DNA of 64,000 bases from Nitrospirota bacterium (GTDB lineage: Bacteria > Nitrospirota > Thermodesulfovibrionia > Thermodesulfovibrionales > Dissulfurispiraceae). A program made the position numbers and the translations under genes. Below are positions 1-10,754 of the stretch, piece after piece. Every line of letters starts with the position of its first letter. Positions within the stretch are counted from its first letter, which is position 1. The notes under the pieces are model-generated. The model had not been told where the DNA came from and searched no databases. It saw only the letters and a program-made list of their open reading frames with translations. The stretch lies in the NCBI GenBank assembly GCA_040758355.1, contig JBFLWF010000003.1, forward strand, positions 1 through 64,000. Direction: 5' to 3'.

Positions 1-124
1 TACAACCGACAGAGGAGACAGGCAAAGCTGGGGTATCTATCCCCTGTTGCTTATGAGAAAAAGTTTTATCAAACGAGGATTGCAGCATGAGTGAATTGGT
101 ATCCACTATTGACATCCGACCTCA
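1..124 (+). mobile_element. IS3-family insertion sequence, right end (transposase C-terminus 1-90 plus terminal inverted repeat ending ...CCTCA at 124)
   Basis: Frame 1 reads YNRQRRQAKLGYLSPVAYEKKFYQTRIAA*, the typical IS3 OrfB tail (YN..R....LGY.SP..YE). It is followed by GTATCCACTATTGACATCCGACCTCA, ending in CA as IS3 ends do. Confidence 0.85.
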
Positions 125-1116
125 CATCTCTGTTTAAAACTATCGTTTCCCGTTTTAAGGGTTGGCTTCCGACATGGGGCATTCATTCTATTGGTGTAAC
201 TTTATTTATATACATAGTTATAAAACTTGATGCTGCCAATATTATAAAAAATATTAGCACCGCCCGGCTTAGTTATATTGTTGCCGGATATTGTCTAACT
301 TTTCCATTTCTTGCTGCAAAAAGCTTTCGTTGGAGAATAGTCCTTGAAGCGTATGGTATTTTTATATCTTACGGACAAGCATCAATATTGTATCTTATAG
401 GCTTATTTACTGGTCATGCCACTCCCGGACAAATTGGTGAGTTGGCAAGGGTCTATTATCTTCGTCGTTTAGGCCACTCTTCTTTATCATCGGGGATGAG
501 TATTTTAATAGACAGATTGTCTGATATAATGTTATTAATCATCCTTAATATCCCGATAATATGGATATTTAAGGATATCGTAGGCATTCAAGTTTCGACC
601 CCGGCAATATTTATGGTGTTTCTCATCTTTACAACTGCAATAATAATCTTTATTGTCTTTTATAAAGAAATAGGTTTTAAACTCAGATCTGTCTACGAAT
701 GGTTCATTCAAAAATTTGAAGATAAAACCGGTGCAGAAATTAAGAATAATTTATTTTTGTTCAAAAAAATTCCATTGTTTTCTGTGGCTTTCTTAACGGT
801 GATATCATATGCCTTCAATTTTTTTAGATTATATCTTCTCCTCGTTTCTCTCGATGTCAGGTTGCCATTGCTTTACTTGGTTTCAGGGTTAGCTTTGGTT
901 TCATTAATTAGTCTACTTCCCATTTCAGTTGCAGGAATGGGAACACGTGATATTACGCTTATTGCAATTTTCTCACACTTGGGAATTAGAAGTGAAATTG
1001 CTATAAGTTATTCATTTCTTATCCTTGGATTATATCTATTCCAGTTTATCTTGGGCTTTTTTTCATGGAGCTTATATGGTTTTAACCCAGATAAAAAACA
1101 TAATTTTGACCGGTAG
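91..1116 (+). CDS. Lysylphosphatidylglycerol-synthase TM domain / flippase-like membrane protein; 5' end derived from or interrupted by the IS3
   Basis: Multi-TM protein with RW, TPGQIGE.AR, LPISVAGMGTRD motifs. The GTG start lies inside the IS end. Confidence 0.75.
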   Translation: MNWYPLLTSDLTSLFKTIVSRFKGWLPTWGIHSIGVTLFIYIVIKLDAANIIKNISTARLSYIVAGYCLTFPFLAAKSFRWRIVLEAYGIFISYGQASILYLIGLFTGHATPGQIGELARVYYLRRLGHSSLSSGMSILIDRLSDIMLLIILNIPIIWIFKDIVGIQVSTPAIFMVFLIFTTAIIIFIVFYKEIGFKLRSVYEWFIQKFEDKTGAEIKNNLFLFKKIPLFSVAFLTVISYAFNFFRLYLLLVSLDVRLPLLYLVSGLALVSLISLLPISVAGMGTRDITLIAIFSHLGIRSEIAISYSFLILGLYLFQFILGFFSWSLYGFNPDKKHNFDR

Positions 1117-1157
1117 TTTTTATAGTATAAAGATAAATTAATATCTTATAATTCACA

Positions 1158-3074
1158 ATGGTTAAAATATTCTTTCTGAATATGGTGCAAATTGTATCTG
1201 CTATGGTCCTTCTGGGGATTGCCACTTTGAGCGGTTCAACAATCTTGCGCTGGTTTGGTTTTACATTTTCAAACATCGCTGAGAATGCTCTATTTTCTTT
1301 TGGCATAGGTGTGGCTTTAGCAAGTTACCTTGTTTTTGCCGCAGGATCGTTAGGATGGCTTGATAGTACAATGATTTTTATAGTAATTGTGATTCTACTG
1401 TTGATATCGCTTCATGCTTTAACAAAAATAAATAGATATGCAAAATGGCACGGAACAGAAAGCATGGAAAATGTGAAATCATGGGATAAGCTTGCATTTA
1501 TACTATGTTTTATATTACTACTCCACGCCTTATTTAATCTGATGGGTGCTCTCTCTCCTCCTACAGAAGCAGACAGCCTTAATTTTCATCTATCTGCTAA
1601 TAAAATTTTCATAACACAGGGCTATATAAGTTTCATTCCCTACTTTCCATGGAACTCTCCATCCAATGCCGGCATGTGGAGCCTTTTGGGATTGTTATTG
1701 GGCTCGGATAGATTACCTCAAATATTTAATTACTTTTTTGGCATAATTGGTACGGCCGCGTTATACGACCTTGGAAGAAGATTAGGAAATTCTATGATTG
1801 GGCTCATAGCTGCGGCCATGTACTATACGAGCACATTTGTTACGGAATGCTCCTCATCGGCTAAGACAGATCTGTTATTGACATATTATGTTTTTGTCTC
1901 TTTTTCTGCATTTATAGAATGGCAAAGGGAAAGAAAGCCTCAATGGTTAATTTTATCAGGTATTTTTACAGGGCTGGCTTGTGCGACTAAATATCAAGGA
2001 TTATTCTGGCTTGCAGCATTTGCCTTTGGTGTTTTTCTTGTCATCATCACAGATAGAGAACTTCTTATTACCAGAAGAGTATACAGTATAACGTTATGGA
2101 TTTTATTTGCAATGCTGCCTGCAATGCCATGGTGGCTTAGAAATATAATTGCAAGCGGGAACCCGATATGGCCTCTTTTCTCAAACATAATTCCAACAAA
2201 ATTTTGGACTGCCGAGTTAAGCGCAAAATATGCTGCATGGAAGCGTGGACCCGGCAATAGCGTGTTCCATTATTTATTGGGTCTTTGGAACCTTACCGTA
2301 CATGCAGAAAAATTTATACCGAAACAAAATCTCGGAGTTATGTTTAATATCTCTCCTCTTCCGTTGGCATTTATTCCCGGATTGCTACTGATTTGGAGGC
2401 GATTGCCGAAATTCGGTATGAAGAACTTGACAGTGTTAGGAATTACGCTTCTGGCATTTTACTCAATATGGTTTTTTACATATCAGCAGCCGAGATATGC
2501 CCTGCCGTTAATAGCGCTTTTAGGGATACCAGCGGCAGTAGTCTACGTATATGCAAAGCAATATCGCATGGCCCATGTTGTAGCTACTGCATTAATATTA
2601 TGCTCTTTTGCATTAACGCTGAGCCTAAATATCCTTTTTAACATACAGTTTTTGTCAGTTGTAGCTGGACGTCAACCAGTTCAGGACTTTTTAGCAGATA
2701 AGGTTAGTTTTTATGAGGACATGACATGGGTAAATTCCCATCTGCCTTCTGACAGAAACCTGCTGGTGTGCTTTGAAAAAACTTTCTATATTGACGGGCG
2801 GGTAATTCGATGGGATAGGAATTTTTGGAATTATAATGCCGTGCCGTCGAATTTTGTAGAACAGTTACGTAACCGCAAAGTCACACATATATTTTTGCCC
2901 CATAATCAGGGTTGGTTTACGGAATTTGGCTTTGATAAAATTTGGAAGGCGCTGGTAGATAATGGAACCTTACGACTCATATATAAAAATCCAGAAGCCA
3001 AGAATGTAACGAGTAGAACTATGGCAAAGCATGAATACATGTTGCTTGAAATCTACGAAGTAGTTTATCCTTAA
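1158..3074 (+). CDS. GT-C fold (ArnT/PMT-like) membrane glycosyltransferase
   Basis: Polytopic protein with D..NFH loop, G.AC.TKY, PWWLRN...GNPIWP and QPRY motifs. Confidence 0.7.
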   Translation: MVKIFFLNMVQIVSAMVLLGIATLSGSTILRWFGFTFSNIAENALFSFGIGVALASYLVFAAGSLGWLDSTMIFIVIVILLLISLHALTKINRYAKWHGTESMENVKSWDKLAFILCFILLLHALFNLMGALSPPTEADSLNFHLSANKIFITQGYISFIPYFPWNSPSNAGMWSLLGLLLGSDRLPQIFNYFFGIIGTAALYDLGRRLGNSMIGLIAAAMYYTSTFVTECSSSAKTDLLLTYYVFVSFSAFIEWQRERKPQWLILSGIFTGLACATKYQGLFWLAAFAFGVFLVIITDRELLITRRVYSITLWILFAMLPAMPWWLRNIIASGNPIWPLFSNIIPTKFWTAELSAKYAAWKRGPGNSVFHYLLGLWNLTVHAEKFIPKQNLGVMFNISPLPLAFIPGLLLIWRRLPKFGMKNLTVLGITLLAFYSIWFFTYQQPRYALPLIALLGIPAAVVYVYAKQYRMAHVVATALILCSFALTLSLNILFNIQFLSVVAGRQPVQDFLADKVSFYEDMTWVNSHLPSDRNLLVCFEKTFYIDGRVIRWDRNFWNYNAVPSNFVEQLRNRKVTHIFLPHNQGWFTEFGFDKIWKALVDNGTLRLIYKNPEAKNVTSRTMAKHEYMLLEIYEVVYP

Positions 3075-3087
3075 ACTAAAAACTTAT

Positions 3088-4287
3088 ATGATAGACCATC
3101 CGGACATAATTCTCTTGTACGGTCCTACATGGGATGCCCCTTCGCAAGTAAGCAAACATCATTTTGCACGGCACTGGGCTAAAAATAATCATAGAGTGCT
3201 TTATATCGAGGCGCCTCCGCATATGCTGTCTTTCATAACAAGGAAAAATGAAGCGAGGAGATTATGGAACCGATACCGTAGGGGGCCAATAGAAATAAGT
3301 GAACGCCTATGGGTTCATACATTTTTTGGCTTGCTTCCTACAAGAGGGGGTATTCTTAATCCTTTCGGGAAATGTATTAACAGGCTTAACCAGTCTATGA
3401 TAGGCCCTCAATTAAGAAAAGTGACGAGTAAACTTGGATTTAAGCAACCAGTTATTGTTATAGGGAGCGCTTTTGCGCTTCCCTTATTAGATTACATCCC
3501 ACACCGGTTATTGGTTTATCATTGCAGCGATGATTATTCTGCGATACCCTCTTTTCCGGCAGTTTTTAAAGACCTTGAATCAGACCTGATGAGCCGTTGT
3601 GACGCGGTGATAGCGACTGCAGAGGAACTCAAAAAGGCTAAGAGTCATTTGTCTAAAAATATATTTACTGTGACTAATGGCGCTAATGTAGAACATTTTG
3701 CTAAGGCAGGGACGTCTCAGACTGTTGTCGCAGAAGATTTATTGAATTTTAAGAGACCACTGGTCGGGTATGTCGGGAGCGTTTTTGAATGGATTGACCA
3801 GACATGGATTATTTATGCTGCAAACAGACTGCCGGAATGGAGTTTTGTATTCATTGGACCAATACACACTGATATATCACGTTTAAAGATATTACCTAAT
3901 GTGCATTTTTTAGGTCCCCGTCCTTATGAGGAACTGCCTCGATATCTAAAAGGTTTTGATATTGCAACGGTTCCCTTTGTTATGGATAAATTAACACTGT
4001 GTGTAAGTCCCGTCAAATTTTACGAATATCTTGCTTCTGGAGTACCTATAGTGGCTACACGCTTGCCAGATCTTGAACCTTTGAGCGACTATGCTTATCT
4101 TGTTAATGACAGGGATGGGTTTACCTCGGCCTTGCAACATGCTATCGCCGAAGATTCTCCGGAAAAGAGAAAAAAGAGGACGGAAATAGCAAAAAACCAC
4201 TCATGGGAAATGCGGTATTCCCAAGTTGATGCAATTATCAATAAAAGTTTTGGAAATAAAAAAACTAAAAGGACAGGTGATGCATGA
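3088..4287 (+). CDS. Glycosyltransferase (GT4, TuaH-like)
   Basis: VYHCSDDY, NGANVEHF, SPVKFYEYLASGVPIV motifs. Confidence 0.85.
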   Translation: MIDHPDIILLYGPTWDAPSQVSKHHFARHWAKNNHRVLYIEAPPHMLSFITRKNEARRLWNRYRRGPIEISERLWVHTFFGLLPTRGGILNPFGKCINRLNQSMIGPQLRKVTSKLGFKQPVIVIGSAFALPLLDYIPHRLLVYHCSDDYSAIPSFPAVFKDLESDLMSRCDAVIATAEELKKAKSHLSKNIFTVTNGANVEHFAKAGTSQTVVAEDLLNFKRPLVGYVGSVFEWIDQTWIIYAANRLPEWSFVFIGPIHTDISRLKILPNVHFLGPRPYEELPRYLKGFDIATVPFVMDKLTLCVSPVKFYEYLASGVPIVATRLPDLEPLSDYAYLVNDRDGFTSALQHAIAEDSPEKRKKRTEIAKNHSWEMRYSQVDAIINKSFGNKKTKRTGDA

Positions 4288-6488
4288 AACAGTTAGTTCA
4301 AAAAACGCATGGCGGCGAAGCGGAAGTTATTGATATCCCTCCACCTGAGTTGAAACACAATATGGTATTGGTACAAAATTCGGCCTCTCTCGTTTCAGTA
4401 GGGACTGAACGAATGGCAGTAGCCACTGCCAAAGAGGGGCTTATCGGAAAGGCGATTGCAAGGCCGGATATTGCACTCCATATCTTTCAGAAGATGCAGA
4501 AAGAAGGACTCGTTACGACTATAAATTCAGTTCGACAGCGCCTTTCCGACTATATGGCACTTGGTTACAGCTGTTCCGGCACAGTTATAGGAATAGACGA
4601 GAACGTTAAGGGTTTTAAGATAGGGGATATGGTTGCCTGTGCCGGTGCAGGTTATGCAGTACATGCCGAAATTGTTTCAGTCCCTTGCAATCTGGTTGTA
4701 AAATTTGATGAGAGGGTTGATTTTAATTCGGCAGCATTTACCACACTCGGTGCAATAGGGTTGCAGGGAATCCGGTTGGCCGATGTTAAACTTGGAGAAA
4801 TAGTCGCGGTAATAGGGCTTGGACTTATTGGACAATTAACGGTCCAGATGCTTAAAGCTGCTGGTTGTCTGGTAGCGGGCATAGATATTCGTAATGATCG
4901 TGTAGAAATGGCGAAGATGTTTGGCATAGATGGTGCAGCCACCACCCCGGATGAATTTATTGCAATCTGCCGCAATCTATCTGAAGGTTATGGTGTGGAC
5001 TCAGTGCTTATAACGACTGATACAAAAACTAGTCAACCGGTGGAATTAGCCGGCGAGATAGTTAGAGATAAAGGAACTGTTGTAGCAGTGGGAATGGTTG
5101 GGATGGAAATCCCGCGCAAGAAATATTATGAAAAGGAATTGGATTTTAAAATTTCTCGATCTTATGGCCCAGGTCGCTACGATCCATCTTATGAAGAAAA
5201 GGGACATGATTATCCTTACGGTTATGTCCGGTGGACAGAACGGCGAAATATGCAGGCATTTGTGAATCTATTGGCCGAGGGAAAAGTAAACGTTCATCCT
5301 CTAATTACACATAGCTTTTTGATCGATGATGCTCCCAAGGCATATGATCTTATAACTGGAAAAACAGATGAAACATTTTTGGGGATTGTCATCAACTATC
5401 CGCAAAATAGTGAAATTAAAACAATTGCTATGCAAAACCGCAATGATACAACTATTTTGCCACAAACATTTAGTACGTCAGAGATAAAATCCCTTGATAG
5501 TATTAGACTGGGAGTTATAGGGGCCGGAAACTTTGCAAAAGTTACCCTGATGCCTGTAATTAAAAATATTAAGAATGTGCGGATGATTGGTGTTGCAAGC
5601 GCCCGTGGCGTCAATGCACAGACGTTGGCAAAGAATTACGGTTTTGCTTATTGTTCGACTGACAGTAATGCGATTCTAAATGACCATGATATTAATACTG
5701 TTGCTATACTGACAAGGCATGATTTGCACGCCAAACAGGTAATAGCTGCTCTTACTGCGGGGAAGAATGTCTATGTAGAAAAACCCTTATGTTTGACCTT
5801 GGATGAACTAACATCTATCGTATCTACATACCAAGAGATTAAGGAAAAGAAAAATACAGTCCCATACCTTATGGTAGGATTTAACCGGAGATTTGCTCCA
5901 TACGTAAAAGAACTAAAGAGCTGTCTTGACGGTATAAAAGAGCCACTTTTACTGACCTATCGCGTAAATGCCGGTTACATACCACCAGAGCATTGGACTC
6001 AAGATATGGAACAAGGAGGTGGGCGATTACTTGGCGAAGTATGCCATTTCATTGATTTATTGATATACCTCTCTGGAAGTTCTGTTCACCGGATAAATGC
6101 ATTATCGCTGCCAGACAGCGGGCGGTACTCACAAGACAATCTCCATATAATAATGGAATTTAAAAATGGATCCCTTGGAGCAATTACCTATGTGGCTAAT
6201 GGGGACAGAAGTTATGGCAAGGAGTATCTTGAGGTCTTTGGAGGAGGTCTATCCGCACGTATAGATGACTACAGATCGTTACTCATACATTATGGAAAAA
6301 TTAAAGTCAAGCGCGTTGACAGACTGCATCAAGATAAAGGATTTAGATCCGAATGGTTCGCTTTAATCGATTATTTAACCGGGAAACTAAAAATGCCAAT
6401 GACGTTCGAAGATATTGTCTATAGCACAGCCGTTACTTTAACTGCTAAAAAAAGCCTGATAGAAAGAATTCCCCTGAGCATGGAATAA
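4284..6488 (+). CDS. Bi-domain oxidoreductase (Zn-ADH-like plus Gfo/Idh/MocA) for nucleotide-sugar synthesis
   Basis: GLGLIG, SYGPGRYD, GAGNFA, VEKP, GFNRRF and GGRLLGEVCHFID motifs. Confidence 0.88.
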   Translation: MKQLVQKTHGGEAEVIDIPPPELKHNMVLVQNSASLVSVGTERMAVATAKEGLIGKAIARPDIALHIFQKMQKEGLVTTINSVRQRLSDYMALGYSCSGTVIGIDENVKGFKIGDMVACAGAGYAVHAEIVSVPCNLVVKFDERVDFNSAAFTTLGAIGLQGIRLADVKLGEIVAVIGLGLIGQLTVQMLKAAGCLVAGIDIRNDRVEMAKMFGIDGAATTPDEFIAICRNLSEGYGVDSVLITTDTKTSQPVELAGEIVRDKGTVVAVGMVGMEIPRKKYYEKELDFKISRSYGPGRYDPSYEEKGHDYPYGYVRWTERRNMQAFVNLLAEGKVNVHPLITHSFLIDDAPKAYDLITGKTDETFLGIVINYPQNSEIKTIAMQNRNDTTILPQTFSTSEIKSLDSIRLGVIGAGNFAKVTLMPVIKNIKNVRMIGVASARGVNAQTLAKNYGFAYCSTDSNAILNDHDINTVAILTRHDLHAKQVIAALTAGKNVYVEKPLCLTLDELTSIVSTYQEIKEKKNTVPYLMVGFNRRFAPYVKELKSCLDGIKEPLLLTYRVNAGYIPPEHWTQDMEQGGGRLLGEVCHFIDLLIYLSGSSVHRINALSLPDSGRYSQDNLHIIMEFKNGSLGAITYVANGDRSYGKEYLEVFGGGLSARIDDYRSLLIHYGKIKVKRVDRLHQDKGFRSEWFALIDYLTGKLKMPMTFEDIVYSTAVTLTAKKSLIERIPLSME

Positions 6489-6499
6489 GTACGAACAGT

Positions 6500-7945
6500 A
6501 TGAATGTTCTTTTTGTTTACTCATTGCAGGATTATGAATCTTGCGAAAAACCGCTGCAAACACTCGGTCAAATACAGTTTGGAATTTCATACATATCATC
6601 GTATCTGAAAGCACATGAGCACAATACCAGATTGCTGGTACTCACAAGGGCAACCAAAGATAGCGTAATAGATAAATACCTGGAGACATTTAGACCGGAA
6701 CTAATTTGTTTTACGGCAGTTGCTACAGAGTTTGACTTTATCCTTGATAGAGCGCGATATATAAAATCACGCTACAAACATGCATTTTTGATTATCGGAG
6801 GGGTTCATGTTTCATTAAATCCTGATGATTCTATACTGGATGTTTTTGATGCGCTCTGCATAGGTGAGGGGGAAATACCTACCTTGGAGCTGGTAAGACA
6901 ACTCGAGAAAAGAACTTCTCCGTCAGGTATTGCAAACTTATGGATTAAGCAGGGAAATAAAATAGAAAAAAATCCTACGGCTCCTTTTCTAAAAGATATC
7001 GACAGTCTGCCCTTTCCTGATCGGGAAATGTGGTTCGATTGGGTTAGTAATGTTTCGACGCGATGTTATATTCTCCTTGCTCGAGGGTGTCCTTTTAACT
7101 GTACATACTGTTGTAATCATGCATTAAGAAAACTCAGCAAAGGATCGTATGTGAGAATGAGGAGCCCTGAAAATATTATTACTGAGCTTGAAGAAATAAT
7201 AAAAAAAATCCCCAACGTTAAGGAAGTTTACCTTGAAGTAGAGACTTTTGGTGCCAATATGGCATGGGCTATTGATTTATGTTCCGCATTAGCCGCATTT
7301 AACAAGAAGAATGACAACTCTTTGTCTTATGGAGTCAATTTGAGAATCACCCCAAATGGCAAATATGAAGAGCTTTTCTCCGCAATGAAAGAGAGTAGCT
7401 TTAGTTATATAAATATCGGTCTTGAATCCGGAAGCGAGAGGGTGCGTAGAGAAATTCTTAGGAGAAACTATTCAAACCAGAATATTATTGATGCAGTAGA
7501 GTTGGCCAGAACGTATGGATTGAAAGTCTGTTTTTATAATCTAATAGGAATTCCAGGTGAAACCTTTGAAGACTTTAAAGAAACAATCAGAATGAACAGA
7601 ATAAATTTGCCAGACTGGCATTATCTTTCCATCTTTTTCCCTTATCCAGGAACCGATTTGTACTTTTTATGCAAAGAAAAAGGATTGCTGAAACAGGATC
7701 TTAACCCCGGCATGGAGAGGAGACAATCTGTTCTTGATCTTCATGGTTTTAGTAGAAAACAGATCCAGAAAGGTTTTATCTGGTTTGACTATTATGCCTT
7801 CAAGGGCTATTTACCTTTACATAAAATCCTCGCACGGGTTTTTGTAAATAAACTGCATTCGAGTTACTACTTGAACAGGCTTTACAGGTTTTTTACAAGG
7901 TATCGCATTTTTAGATCACTGAAGCAATTTTTCAAATCATATTGA
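6500..7945 (+). CDS. Cobalamin-binding radical SAM protein
   Basis: GGVH and GEGE in the N-terminal domain; RGCPFNCTYC; GLESGS; GIPGET; PYPGT. Confidence 0.88.
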   Translation: MNVLFVYSLQDYESCEKPLQTLGQIQFGISYISSYLKAHEHNTRLLVLTRATKDSVIDKYLETFRPELICFTAVATEFDFILDRARYIKSRYKHAFLIIGGVHVSLNPDDSILDVFDALCIGEGEIPTLELVRQLEKRTSPSGIANLWIKQGNKIEKNPTAPFLKDIDSLPFPDREMWFDWVSNVSTRCYILLARGCPFNCTYCCNHALRKLSKGSYVRMRSPENIITELEEIIKKIPNVKEVYLEVETFGANMAWAIDLCSALAAFNKKNDNSLSYGVNLRITPNGKYEELFSAMKESSFSYINIGLESGSERVRREILRRNYSNQNIIDAVELARTYGLKVCFYNLIGIPGETFEDFKETIRMNRINLPDWHYLSIFFPYPGTDLYFLCKEKGLLKQDLNPGMERRQSVLDLHGFSRKQIQKGFIWFDYYAFKGYLPLHKILARVFVNKLHSSYYLNRLYRFFTRYRIFRSLKQFFKSY

Positions 7946-9130
7946 ATGGTTGTCATGGACGAAAAAATCAAAATATTGGTCTTTGTTGACTATTATTTAC
8001 CGGGATATAAAAGTGGAGGCCCGATTCGTTCTATTTTCAATATAGTCGAGAGATTGGGTGATGAATTTATATTTAAAATCATAACGAGGGCGCATGATTA
8101 TGGAGATTTGACTCCGTATCCTCATATTGAGGTTGACTCTTGGCAACCATGCGGAAAGGCAGAGGTCATATACCTTTCGCCAGAAAAAATTACTTTCAAA
8201 AACTTACGTTTGATTATTCTGGACACCGAACATGATATAGCTTATCTCAACAGTTTTTTTTCTCCTGCTTTTACTTTTAAACCGCTGTTACTCCGGCTCA
8301 TAAACCTAATCCCACAAAAACCTTTTATTGTGGCACCGAGGGGAGAGTTTTCCAGAGGTGCTCTGTCTATAAAGCGTTTTAAAAAGAAAATCTATCTGTA
8401 TTGTACAAAATTAATTGGCTTATATAATAAAGTTTTTTGGCATGCAACAAGCATTTATGAAGAAGCTGATATACGACAATCTTTTAATCCTCATATAACT
8501 ATAATTACTGCCAATGATATGCCGGCACCAATTCATATCCGTAGAGGATATAGAAAAATGCATGAAAAGAAGGTCGGCTTTTTAAAAATAGCGTTCCTTT
8601 CGAGAATAGCGAGGATGAAAAATCTCGACAGTGCCTTAAGAATACTTAAAAACATTAAAGGAAATATACAATTTAACATATATGGTATAAAAGAAGATGA
8701 TGATTACTGGAAGGAATGCGAGTCAATCATTAGAAAATTACCAGAAAATATCAGGGTTGAATATCACGGATGTGTGGAACATGATAATGTTGCTTCTGTA
8801 TTCGAACAGCATGACATTTTATTTCTCCCCAGTATGGGAGAGAATTTTGGTCACGTTATACTTGAAGCAATGCTTGCAGGATGCCCTGTCTTAATAAGCG
8901 ATAAAACACCATGGCGTGATTTAGAAGCCAAACATGTGGGGTGGGACTTGCCACTGGATGAGCCAGAACGTTTTAGAGAAATACTTCAACTGCTTATCGA
9001 TATGGATAAAAGTTCCTTTGAGACTTGGACTAAAACCGCCTACGAATATGGTTTTATGATTTCAAGAAGTGAAGATATCGAGATGCAGACGAGAAATATG
9101 TTTGCTTTGGTTAAAACTAATAGAATATGA
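7946..9130 (+). CDS. Glycosyltransferase family 4
   Basis: PGYKSGGPIRS and PSMGENFGHVILEAMLAGCPV. Confidence 0.88.
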   Translation: MVVMDEKIKILVFVDYYLPGYKSGGPIRSIFNIVERLGDEFIFKIITRAHDYGDLTPYPHIEVDSWQPCGKAEVIYLSPEKITFKNLRLIILDTEHDIAYLNSFFSPAFTFKPLLLRLINLIPQKPFIVAPRGEFSRGALSIKRFKKKIYLYCTKLIGLYNKVFWHATSIYEEADIRQSFNPHITIITANDMPAPIHIRRGYRKMHEKKVGFLKIAFLSRIARMKNLDSALRILKNIKGNIQFNIYGIKEDDDYWKECESIIRKLPENIRVEYHGCVEHDNVASVFEQHDILFLPSMGENFGHVILEAMLAGCPVLISDKTPWRDLEAKHVGWDLPLDEPERFREILQLLIDMDKSSFETWTKTAYEYGFMISRSEDIEMQTRNMFALVKTNRI

Positions 9131-10704
9131 AAAAAATATTTTTAATCTTATATACCATTAAGTACCTAAAATGGCAACAGATATATTTTAGATGTTACTA
9201 CCTATTTAGAAATAAAATCAAAAACATTCTCGGATTTAAACGTAACCTCTTTATAAGAAAAGAATCTGCACCCCTAACTTTACAGCCATCTATTAGTTGC
9301 CAACAAATATATCAGAACAATGAGTTTGCAGTGCTCAATTTTAAAAAAAAGTTTAATAATCTTATAGATTGGCAATTTATGGAATATGGAAAGCTGTGGT
9401 GTTATAACCTCAATTATTTTGACTTTCTAAACCAGTACGGAATGGATGCCGATATGGGTAAAAAATTAATATATGAGTTTATTAAAAAAATACATGAAAA
9501 TAAGATAGGGTTGGAGCCGTATCCTACGTCTTTAAGAATTATTAACTGGATAAAATTTCTGACTGCAAAAAAAATAAAAGATGAGTTTATAGACGGCTTC
9601 CTATACGGTCAGACAAAATTTCTTCGCAATAATCTGGAATATCATCTTTTAGGCAACCATCTTCTGGAAAACGGCTTTGCTTTACTTTTTGGCGCTTACT
9701 ATTTTAAGGATCAACACCTATACAGAAAGGCAAAAGAGATCTTAATAACAGAACTACACGAACAGATATTATCTGATGGTGCACATTTTGAACTGAGTCC
9801 GATGTATCACCAGATAATTCTGCATAGGATATTGGACTGCATAAATTTAATAAAGAATAATGCTTATTTTAATAATGAATTATTGCATTTTTTAATAGAA
9901 ACGGCTGGGAAGATGATGGGATGGATAAATACAATGACTTTCACAAACGGAGATATACCATTGCTCAATGATAGCATTTTTGACGTAGCCCCCACTACAA
10001 AACAGTTGCTTAGTTATGCAGATCGGTTAAATGTGTGGAAGGTAGCTCCAACTGTATTGTGTAATGAAAGTGGATATAGAAAAATAGATAAATCAAATTA
10101 TGAAATAGTGGTAGATATTGGGAATATAGGACCTGATTATATACCAGGGCATGGACACAGCGATACGTTTAATTTTATTTTATATATAGATGGGAAACCA
10201 TTTATTATTGATACTGGGGTTTCAGCATATGAAATAAGCACAGAAAGACAATACCAAAGATCCACGAGTGCCCATAACACTGTTCAAATAGGAAGTTATG
10301 AACAATCAGAAATATGGGCAAGTTTTAGGGTAGGTAGGAGGGCACGTATAATAGACAAAGAGGAGAATGAAAATTTTATTTGCGCTACCCATGATGGATA
10401 CAAGAGAATAGGTGCATTGCATACAAGAAAATTTGATTTTTTAGACAGGTTGATTAGGATAACTGATAATATAAAGTATAAATCAAAGCATACTTGCTAT
10501 GCATATATACACTTTCATCCTGATGTCTCTGTAATGATAGAAGATAATACCGTGTTTTTCGATTCAAAAAAAATAATTATAAGTGACTACGATGCTATTC
10601 GCAAAGGAAAATATGATTTTGCAGCAGGATTTAACAAATTAGTGAAAGCTGCTGTTATTGTTATTATATTTAGAAATAATTTGCATATGGAAATAGCGAC
10701 TTAA
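9127..10704 (+). CDS. Heparinase II/III family protein
   Basis: EYHLLGNHLLEN, DGAHFELSPMYH, GHGHSD, RSTSAHNT. Confidence 0.88.
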   Translation: MKKIFLILYTIKYLKWQQIYFRCYYLFRNKIKNILGFKRNLFIRKESAPLTLQPSISCQQIYQNNEFAVLNFKKKFNNLIDWQFMEYGKLWCYNLNYFDFLNQYGMDADMGKKLIYEFIKKIHENKIGLEPYPTSLRIINWIKFLTAKKIKDEFIDGFLYGQTKFLRNNLEYHLLGNHLLENGFALLFGAYYFKDQHLYRKAKEILITELHEQILSDGAHFELSPMYHQIILHRILDCINLIKNNAYFNNELLHFLIETAGKMMGWINTMTFTNGDIPLLNDSIFDVAPTTKQLLSYADRLNVWKVAPTVLCNESGYRKIDKSNYEIVVDIGNIGPDYIPGHGHSDTFNFILYIDGKPFIIDTGVSAYEISTERQYQRSTSAHNTVQIGSYEQSEIWASFRVGRRARIIDKEENENFICATHDGYKRIGALHTRKFDFLDRLIRITDNIKYKSKHTCYAYIHFHPDVSVMIEDNTVFFDSKKIIISDYDAIRKGKYDFAAGFNKLVKAAVIVIIFRNNLHMEIAT

Positions 10705-10754
10705 AAATAACGGATATGTCATAAGAAAATTTTTTTAAGGAGATACAGTATAAC

